A stretch of DNA of 57,912 nucleotides, filler included, from Sphacelaria rigidula (Eukaryota), in assembly GCA_964200075.2 (NCBI GenBank). It is 8 parts of 8 records of this genome, joined end to end, with 100 filler letters (N's around TTAATTAATTAA, not from the genome) between each part and the next. Parts side by side here need not be neighbours in the genome. Positions count along the whole stretch, not along the records: positions 43,511 to 50,661 come from CAXNAA020016237.1; positions 50,762 to 57,912 come from CAXNAA020016238.1; 6 more parts are not named here. One strand, 5' to 3'. Below are positions 48,416 to 57,912 of the stretch, piece after piece (the first letter of the stretch is position 1; every line of letters begins with the position of its first letter). Below the pieces are notes generated by a model that did not search any database, was not told where the DNA came from, and worked only from the letters and a program-made list of their open reading frames with translations. The position numbers were made by a program, and so were the translations under genes.

Positions 48416-50586
48416 CTGTGGATCAACAACAAGTACGGCATTTTCCGACCACGAGAGTGGAGTAACAGTTTCGTGTGTTGTAAGTAATGGGTACAAACAC
48501 CACGTATTACTCAGAATGTTACGTGCCCATCTCGTCGCAACCAGCTTGCTCGGAATTTCAGCTCCATACTTCATTGTAGGTGATGGACTCAGAATTCCAG
48601 TTGGCATCTCTGACGTAGTGTATTACTAGGACAAACGTAAATCGGTCGTATTCAATACATGATTGAGGATTGTTAATATTTTTGTTGTTTTTGTGGTAAA
48701 GATGGCCTGCAGGAGCTTGCCGCAGCTGCGTGACCCCCCAGCGGGAGATCAAGAGCATGAGTAACACTGCCAACAGCATTTTGTAACTCACAAGTGCCTA
48801 TGTCAATAAACAGCACTGAACAGAAGGTACTCTCTCCTTTTCGAAACTCTTGTTCTCCATTTTTTCTCTCTTAAATGTACCTTCGTGTGCGAATGACTCT
48901 ACCCTTAGGCGGTCAATATAATAACGTGGGTTTTTGATGAAATCAAGACTCAGGACAATCCTTTCTGCTTCTGGTGGCGCCTATAGCAGGCGACCCTCAC
49001 CGACCTGGGGCTCATTTGTTGGGTCAAGCTGCCCGTTCTCGGCTCGGGGTCCACGGTCGCGGAATACATTGCTGATGATGCAGTGATGGGACGAGTTTCC
49101 ATTCTACTTCGAAACTTCGAAAGATGTTGCATCCATGAAGGAATGATTCGATCAAAACACGCCGTACAAGTTTCCGAGTTTTTCTTATTCATCAGGGTGT
49201 CGCGTGTGGTCAAGCGCACGAGACAAAATACACTTTGCCCCCAAAAGTTGAACATCGTGGTGTGTGTGTCTTGTTGTCTACAAACGCTTTGCAAGCTTAA
49301 ACAAGCTTTAAAAGTCTTGAGTGCGCGGTTTGCGGTAGATTACCCTTTCCACGATACGGACTGCTATACTCAGCACCAACAAGGTAGTCAATGGGCCGAA
49401 TGATAGTCGAGCACACTTTCCTAGGACTTTGGGCAGGGCCTGCAAAAGGTGCTAAATCGTGCCTAGCAGCACATCGTTCACGGTACATGTTTCCCAGTTT
49501 TGTGTCGTTTGGACGAAGCGGGGAGTATTGACCATATTTGGTGACAAACTCGTGTTTTCGACTGTGGTGCAATTCACAACTGGGCACGAAAAACGGAACC
49601 GCAGGGTTGTTCGTCATGGTCGTTGGAATTGGTTCGATTTGTTATCATGTTTGCCTTCTGGCAATGGCAAACTCAGAATTGGCGTTTGGGAACTGCAAAA
49701 ACGTACAGTTCCACGGATATCCGCTTCAAATGGAAGACAAGGTTTCATGTTCTGTACGCCAATACTCAATCAACCGAAAACATCGAGCGGAAATATCAAA
49801 CAGCCAGAACCTGAACTTGTATATGGATCAGACCTCCGACGACCGGTTAGCCCGTATATCGTCCAAAATTGATTATAGAAATAATTTTGTTGGGAATTCG
49901 TGTCCGGTACCTATGATTTGCGATCCTCAACTTTTGGAATGAAGCGTTCGTCGTGATGAGTCTTGGCCGGAAAACCAGAATTAATCACCCTCAATCGAAA
50001 ATATTTCGTTGAGATCCCAAAAACTATACACATACGCAGGATGCACCGGTAGTTGCCCAAAGTTAAAGCTGTCTGACAGGCGAAGGGGAGCAATTCGTGG
50101 ACGGACCATCGCATCAATACATATAGCCGTATGATGTCTATTGCGGTAACGGCACACAGCAACGTAAACATATGTTCAAGGCGTTTCAAATATGGGAGAA
50201 AACTGTTTGTCCTTTCTAGCGCTACAGCGAGCCAGTCAAGGATTCAAGCCCACCATGGGCCACGTCTAAGCATATTTGAGCAATAGTATGCCTACTGAGG
50301 AAAGTCTTGGCCAAATTTAGGCAAGCTACCGCCTACCGCGACAAGCCTTGAGCATTTTAAGGAAATGCACGACAACTAAGGCACGGCGTGCTACGGCGCG
50401 TCTTGAGCTCTCCAACGCAAATTTTAGGGATCCTACGGCTCTCACGTCAACTGAGGCACACCTTCAGCTTTCTAAGAAGGCAAGTCTTGCTTATGCAGAT
50501 CTGCGAGTTGTCGTACCAAGTCTTGGATGACAGCCTCAAGGACAAATAGTGGGCTCACGACTATAATATTCCTTCGATAGGGTTGA

Positions 50587-50661
50587 GGGGGGGGGGTGTA
50601 CTCATGATCATGCATGCCATAGTCATAAGACCATTGACCTCGCATCCCTACAAAGCCGGGA
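50587..50661 (+). repeat. Terminus of high-copy young repeat (same as 14336-14404)
   Basis: Near-identical sequence immediately before a contig end. Confidence 0.85.
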
Positions 50662-51120
50662 NNNNNNNNNNNNNNNNNNNNNNNNNNNNNNNNNNNNNNN
50701 NNNNNTTAATTAATTAANNNNNNNNNNNNNNNNNNNNNNNNNNNNNNNNNNNNNNNNNNNNCCCAGACACGTGGAATGGCGGAAAAGTTGCGTGGATACC
50801 CCTTGGACCAGCGATCAAATGTTTTCCCCCTTTGGGGCAATCAGGCCGAAGAGATCGTTAATTTGGTGATTCTTAGTCATAATGATTCGTCCTAACCGTC
50901 AATCTGTTCCCCCGTTTTGTGGATGTGACATCTCAACTTCCTTCTACCGATGTTTTCTTTTGAACGACAAATATGAGGCTCCTTCGTTTCCAACCACCGC
51001 TCGACGACGATAACACGAAGGTCATGGAGCATGAATTCTCATCCAGCTAGCTGGGAAGTTACAAGGAAAAATTTGTGTAAGCAAGAGAACGGAGCATTCC
51101 CTGTATAAATAAAAGGTTAC

Positions 51121-54100
51121 CTGCCGTCAGTAACATTTCCAGTGGCAGTGTAGTCCCCGTCGGTGTTAGCGTTCACCACCTCTACCACGTCGCACGATGC
51201 TGATGGGAGCAGATCAACAGGAAGCAAAAAACAAAAAATACATGAACAAAATTAATGCAAAAGAAATGAACAACTTATAGATTGATGGATAAGTTGGTTG
51301 GGTTGGTTTGTTCGTTGGTTGTCGCACATCAACATAATCTCATCTCCGAGAAACCCAGCCATGGTCACTATCCACGAGGTCAGCAACAGAGAACATCTGC
51401 TAGAGGAAATACTCGAGAAAGGGGTGTATAATATATATATATATATATATATCGTGACGAGCTGGGCCGGCCAAGCCTCCGGTCAAAAAGTTTTTCCAAT
51501 TTCGGAATGAAACTCCGACACAAGACAACTCATAGGCTTACCCTCCATCTGGATTCAGATCTTCTTTACTACATCTTCCGGCGATGCACGCCTCTGTGCT
51601 GTTGTCAGCGCCTTTGAATTAATTAGAAGGAAAAAGGGAAGACCGATCTCGAACCAACGGTAGGCCCATATGTTATTTATCTCATGTCATGGTTCCACCC
51701 CCGAAATTCGAAAAAAATGTCCGTATAAGATACTGAACCGGTGTGTGATATTCTGGATCGACTTTGCAGATGGTCGCGTGAGATTTTCACTCTTAGCCGT
51801 CCGGTTCAAAGATGGCCCCGTGAAAGCTTTTGCCTGGCTCGTGAAAAACTCGGGGAAAGTTGACGACAAATACGTGTACATATATATATATATATATATA
51901 CAGCCGTTATTGTTGTTATTGTTGCTCCTAACATTAGCCCTATTCCAGAAATCCAGTACCGGTGGTCACGAAGCCATGGTACAACAGATATAATACAAGG
52001 GAAGACGAAAAGAAAAAATCGGCCACGAACATGAAATCGTGGCGCCCGGTAGGTCGCGGTTCTACAAGCACGCCAACGAGAAACACACACACATACCCAC
52101 ACAAGGAAAACATGAGTACGACTCGAAGCAGCAAACTGATTTTTTTTAACGTCGGTTTCATGATACGCGGACCACAAGAGGCCGAAACGGCCAAAAAAGA
52201 GGGAAACCACGCACGTCGACATACCAAACCTGGTGTAATTTGTTGGACCACACACACAAACACACACACACAAAAAAATGGTTGTTATCCATCTCCTCTT
52301 CACATCAGAAACGAATAATATGACGACAAAAAATTAACAAGGGCACACCACGACTTCGAGGTCTTCTTTCGAACAGGTGACACAGGAATTGATCAACGGG
52401 CAAGACATGAGCAACGACAGCAAATGCACAAAAATGGGGCACTACAGAAAATAAGTGAACATAGCAGGCAATAACGTAACGGGGAAATTCTCAAAAGAAT
52501 ACACCGTAAAGTTGCGGTTTCCGTCACGTCGAATACTATTTTAACATGAACAAAAGATGAACAACTACACAGAAAATGGGTTCCCCCAGTAGACAATTAC
52601 AAACGAAACGGGCAAACAATCGGTTATCCTGTGATCAGGGATGACGCTAACTCACACTCTTCGACATCTTCTACAACGGCGGGAGCAAGCGTCTCTGCCA
52701 CCCACAATTCCACGGCGGGAGACAGGGTGGCACCGGGTGTCGGTGCAGGCGTCTCTCCGCTGCCTCCTTGCCCCACCTCGCTGCCTTCCGCACACTCTGC
52801 AGAAAAATAAAGAAAAATGAAAGGGAAAACAGAACACGTATGCACGTATCAGCGCGAGGAAAAAAAAAAAAAACAGCGAACAGCGGAATCGTGGGATCTC
52901 TTCAAAGTAATCAATAGTAGCTCATGGTAGCTTACCACTTCTTGAGGGTAGCATCAAACATCACTCCCCCCCGCCCGCCCTGTCACAAGCCTGTTCATGC
53001 GTTTCTCGACGCCAGAAGAGAATCGCAGAGAGAACCTTGTTCGCCGGCTGGCGGTGGGGGTATGTTTGCACTCCCCGTTCGAGTTGTGTTTACCACTTGG
53101 TCGATGACGAAATTTCTCGGAAACATTTTCGTTTTCAAACGCTAACCCTAAAACCATAACCCCAACCTAAGGCGTGCCGAAAACCCTTGGGCAAGGGGTG
53201 TGTGAAGCATTCCCTAGGCAAAGTGCGGCATTGGCAGACCTCACAATGGCGCCGCAGGCACCGATCTTGACGAAAACGCGTTCTGCGCACGCGAGGGGCG
53301 GTTCGGGCTGTTAGCCAAGCTAAAGATCCGAATATCGGTACTTACACTCAAATCCAGGAATAAAATTCCGGGAAGGTTCCAATCGACCAAGTGGTGAACA
53401 CTACTGCCCCATTCACATGGTTCTTGCACGTGTGGAATGACCCAAGCCAACCATTTCCACAGAAACGCTTGCTCGTGAATCGTATGTCCAACACTGTTTG
53501 CTCGTCTCCCATCGAGTACTTTAGACAACCTCCTTCTTGCCAACACGGCATTCAAACAGATTGTTTTCATCGCGATGGTTGATTGAGTCGGGCTTCGAAC
53601 CTGGAAACCCTTACAGGCTGGTTCACCCTCATCAACCTAGAAGCATTCATCCGCAAAACTTAACGCCGTTTACAGGAATGAGGTCCCGAAATTCTGCAAA
53701 ATTTTGCTATGGATCATCACGCAACTTTTAGAGGTGGAGTTTTTTTTTTTTTACTTTTTTACTTTCTTCACCGTGTTTCGAGGGTCCCAGGGTCTTGGGG
53801 GAAACTTGAATCCCGTCGGACCCCTGCACTACGGTGAGAAAGTAAACGAATAAGAAAAAAATACAGTGCCTCGAGAGTTGCGTAATGACCCATAACACAT
53901 TTGCGCAAAGGTATAGGGTGTAACTTGTAAAAACGGCGTGAAGATTTGCGTGATTGTGCCATGACGTGAGCTTGAAACGAGCAAATTCCTAACTACTTGG
54001 TAATAGAATGAAAATGTGTTTTTTGGGGTGTATTTAAGAATAAGGCGCGAAAACCAGTATGGCGTTTTCGAGTCTTCAAACTGGGACCCCCGGAAGCCGG

Positions 54101-57100
54101 TAGAGAACGGAGGAACTTTGAATATTGTCAAGAATAAACAAATTCCGTTTGGAGCATCGATGCCTACTGCCAAGTTTGAGGGCGATCTGAGATGTTTCAC
54201 GACAGATGTAAGGGAAACCGTCACGAGGCTCCCTGAGTCTTTCGCGCGTTTCATCAGTAGAAAGTAGACGACAACGTACCCTCTATATCACCGAGCCATC
54301 ACGGTTTCGAGTATAATTCGATCTAGTAGTAACAGTCTTCAAATATATTTCATCCGTTATATTCCCGAGCTGATGGCGGTTACTTTGAATTGAAGCATGT
54401 GGAGGTTGGGGCGAAAATTGGGCTTGGAATTCGTATTTTCGATTTGAGAATAATTTGAAGGGCGCTGATTGGTCGAGGTATCTTTCCGCCCTTCGCGCCA
54501 CCGCTAGTGCCTTGAACACAAATTCGGCTATGTCACTCTCTTCAACTATCTTTAACGGTCAGCATGGTGTGATGTGTGCGACAATCGGGTAGGTATTGCG
54601 AAAGGCATGTGCTCATGACACAATTTTGGGTGATCAGCGCGAACCAGCCTGTAGCCCAATACGAAAGCATAATGTCATCTCTCGGTGCTACCAACGTGAA
54701 ATGATGAACCCTCGACAGGCACTGGTGATGGTTCTACTTCCCTGGTATAGGGTGGCCCTATCCACACAAACACACGAAATATAGGAAGGGGAAGTAAAAG
54801 CTATACTACTGGGCGCCTGAACTATTTTTTGTTCACAAGAGTTTTTCCTGGCGGCTACTCTTCGATATAACTCGAAAGTGCTAGCGTCGGCAGATTTCGG
54901 TAAAATGAACAGATCGTCTTCCCCTCCGCGAGTGCCCAAGATAGTGTGAATTGGTTTTACAGGGCGATGCGAGTGGATACCCCGCTTATCAGGAGGCTGT
55001 TATTGACCGTGAAGCACAGTAGTTGGCTCTAGTGAAATGAGTAGGTGGAATTTCAAAAAAGCAAACCTGTACATTTCTTCATAAATGTAATCGAGACAAG
55101 CTCCATCGACCGAAAATACCGAAGAGTCAGAATCTGGACTGAAACGTGTCAGGACCCCCGATGACCGGTCAGCCCGTAAGTCACTCAATATTGAGTACAG
55201 GTGGATTTGTTTTTGGAATCTGAAGCGGATACAAGTATCTTCGGATCCTCAATGTGATGAGCGGAGGCAAGCGAAAGAGTCTGAGAAATCGTCAATTACG
55301 AAGGAATTACAAAATCAAAGGTTCAGGCGCCCAGTCCTATGTGAGTATCATCATTATGTCCACACATGAGTCCAATCTCTCGAACCCGTGGTCGTAGACG
55401 TTTCGTAGGCTCGGATAAAGCGAGGGAGAGCACTGAAAAAAAGCAGAGAGCGACGCGAGCGCGAATCACACGTGAAGATTGAAGCATTAGCTGCCACGAT
55501 ACGACACCGGCAAAGTCGACATTCAATGAACAGCGACAGCAGCCGACCGACAACGGCAACAACACACAATCGCCATCGATGACGCGATTGCGACCCACGA
55601 CAGTACGCAGCAACAACGGCCATACCGTCACCACACACGACAGCGACAGTGCATTCACGCGCCGTACGAGCAGTAGGCGTGAGGAGACATGCACTCAAAA
55701 ATATGCACACGTCGGACGGACAGCTCATAAGCTACCTAAATATTACTTTTTACTAGTGCGCTAATCTGGATTTGAGCTACCGTAAAAGCCACCATAAGAG
55801 CCGATCGCCCCGGTGGCTCAGTTGGTAACCTCGTAACCTTCTGACAGTTGGATCGTGGGTTCAATTCCCGGAGCTATCTGAGATTTTTCTCACACCATGC
55901 CCAACACTGGAGAGCGACTATGTCGTGGGTCCACTAAAGTCGACTTAACGGTCGACGAGGGAAAGGGACTGCTGAACCCCTCTCGCGACTAAAAAAAAAA
56001 GAGCAAGAACCACAGAAGGAAGGTAAGGTGATAAAAACAAATGAGAAAGAAAGAGCATCTTGTGTTGACCTTCCTCCTGTGTGACCCCGGCTGGTGCGCC
56101 CACGTACACCGAAACGTGCAGATAGGCGCCCACAATAGATGGGACGACAACACACACAACATACACATACAGGATTTGGACCCTCTTCCCATAGTTTTTC
56201 CCTACAGCGCTGGACGAGGAGCATGCAGAGTAGCGCAAAGGTTGCGCTTCAGCTTCTCTGACCCCGAGGTCACGTCTTCATGTGTTTTTGGACCATCGGA
56301 TCTGATAGTTCTCGTTCATTAGTTGTTTGAGGTATTACAATAATAGCTCATAAACTCTCTGATATGTGAAGATACGACACATTACACACACATGGAGAGA
56401 CAAGAGAGAAGGATACAAGGAAGCTTCACAGATATGACTGTCAAGACAACTGAATCACGTCACTGCAACTAATCATCGCACGTACCGAGAGTTCGCCTCA
56501 TACAGAACAGAAAATCTCTTGCCCCCTACCCCCCCCCCCCCCCCACCCCCCACACCCCCCCCACCCCCCCCCCCCCCCCCCCCCCCCCCTAGTNNNNNAC
56601 GACAACCGAATCGCGCAACTACAACCGGTCTTAGCCGGGGCCGCGCTCTCACAGAATACAAAACCGCTTGCCCCCCCCCCCCCCCCCCCCCCCCTCCCTG
56701 CGCCCGCTTCCCCTCCCCCCGCCCATACCTCATTAAAAGACACAACGAGTGGAATTCACATTAACAAATACTGATATAACGAGATTAAAAAACGGGCATA
56801 TATCTGAAAAACAAAATGATGAAGCGAGACACAATATTTCAAGGTCGTGCTCTGTTTAGATAGGGTATACCCGGAAGCGGGGGGTTTGAGTTGGCATGCC
56901 ACTATTACAATAAACCATACCGAAATGTGTACCGAACATTCTGGTATGGTCCGGCAGAGTACCGATCCTTATTCCGGACAATCCGATAGGGTTCGGAAGG
57001 GTATTGACCGATCAAGTACCTCTTCAACCCTTGGACCGCGGTGCGGGTAGTCCATGTGGACTACGTGTACTTTTTTCATGTGAATATTGATGCCGATTCA

Positions 57101-57340
57101 GCAGGTGACCTACCCTCGCGGTCCAAGGTCTAAAACTTTCGTAACTATCCGAATTTCAGCAGGTATACCCTACAGAGCACAACCTTGCAATGAATCATGG
57201 TGCCAAAAATCGTACGATTGTTCCCCCTCACCTATTACAGCCGGAGTGTCGGACACGGCAGGTTCGCAGCCTAGCGCACATTCAATCTCGATCCATTCGG
57301 TGTTCGTGATGTCCGCAGGGTGCGCCGCGCAGTCCGCCAC
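51121..57340 (-). CDS. Internal exons of a probable secreted/cell-surface protein (Cys-containing modules separated by a Pro/Thr/Ala linker)
   Basis: Exons 57340-57232, 52796-52656 and 51199-51121 are GT-AG and phase compatible: VADCAAHPADITNTEWIEIECALGCEPAVSDTPAVI-ECAEGSEVG..ETPAPTPGATLSPAV..VEE-SSCDVVEVVNANTDGDYTATGNVTDGR. Confidence 0.65.
53082..53405. mobile_element. Non-autonomous TIR element enclosing the CTAACCCTAA repeat family
   Basis: agttgtgtttaccacttggtcgat (from 53082) is inverted as atcgaccaagtggtgaacactact (to 53405). Confidence 0.7.
55807..56170 (+). mobile_element. tRNA-derived SINE (intronic); internal fragment also at ~47700-47755
   Basis: A box TGGCTCAGTTGG (55814) and B box GGTTCAATTCC (55858); the acceptor stem does not close. 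Body motif acgagggaaagggac..aaccc..tctcgcga recurs at 47702. CA-rich tail. Confidence 0.75.
57028..57129. mobile_element. ~100-bp MITE, piggyBac-like family
   Basis: ccttggaccgcg..gggtag / ctaccctcgcggtccaagg inverted termini. Confidence 0.7.
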
Positions 57341-57603
57341 CTGACCACACAGCATAAGCAGCAAGTAATCGTAGCGATCATGGTAATCATGACAATAACA
57401 CCCTTTGACCGCCAGCGTAAGTCAATCATTCAAAAGTCGTCCTACGATAGGGGGGGGGAGGGGGGGGGTGGGTGGAGGAGAAACGAGGCACAAAGGGGTG
57501 CAAGGGGGGGTCGGACAATCGCACAGAGTCGCNNNNNNNNNNGTGGGCTAGGGCAGTGTGTGGGTGGGGGAAGGGGGGGACGAGGGGGGTGTGGGGTGGG
57601 GGT

Positions 57604-57637
<34 letters not shown>

Positions 57638-57912
57638 GATTGCACGAAAAACGAGGCTCATAGGTGTGTCAGACGACCTGCCACACTCGCGGTGCGTGAG
57701 TGAGAGTTACACATCTATAACGAGCTCGTACGAACAACCGCTGCTTCTTTCAACGACGATTTGACTTGGAATTTCATGCGGAAAGTGGCCCGAAATACCC
57801 CCCCCCCCCCATCAGGTTAGACATGGTTAGACACCCATGAGGCAGTGTAAACGCTGTGGCTGTCTCTGGAAGTGGCGATATCACATAATAAAGCAACTCA
57901 TTGTTGACTGTC

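Noticed and set aside
7197-50717. Regularly spaced TTAATTAATTAA palindromes as a biological periodic element
   Set aside because: Assembly linkers embedded in N runs.
54225-54265. Hammerhead ribozyme core (CTGATGA...GAAA on the minus strand; similar at 17893)
   Set aside because: Stem II and the flanking stems cannot be formed.
55807-55880. Functional tRNA gene
   Set aside because: A and B boxes are present but the acceptor stem does not pair, and it continues into a dispersed repeat body, so it is a SINE.
56522-57637. Poly-C/poly-G tracts as Pro/Gly ORFs or functional G-quadruplexes (also 1-80)
   Set aside because: Low-complexity tracts next to N gaps; lengths are unreliable and there is no coding evidence.

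Overview
Intron-rich eukaryotic nuclear DNA, most likely a brown alga (Phaeophyceae; inferred from intron style, poly-G/C tracts and repeat types). The window is not a continuous locus. It is eight contigs of 7152, 7152, 7152, 7152, 7151, 7151, 7151 and 7151 bp joined by 100-bp N/TTAATTAATTAA linkers, i.e. size-sorted unplaced contigs, so nothing can be inferred across linkers. Contig 1: 3' exons of SGT1 (+) converging on proteasome beta-2 subunit PSMB2 (-). Contig 2: decayed gene with a duplicated exon, plus repeats. Contig 3: four exons of an F-box gene resembling the plant At4g00755 type. Contig 4: LINE reverse-transcriptase remnant and repeats. Contig 5: a decayed Ty1/copia element in permuted order (RT-RH, single LTR, gag-PR-IN). 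Contig 6, the most interesting: a decaying multi-exon gene whose spliced product looks like a highly divergent beta-class amino (N6A/N4C) DNA-methyltransferase fold fused to a SET-like domain. Contig 7: intact multi-exon coiled-coil gene of unknown function. Contig 8: three exons of a probable extracellular protein, a tRNA-derived SINE and MITEs. All domain calls are by eye; none were checked against a database.
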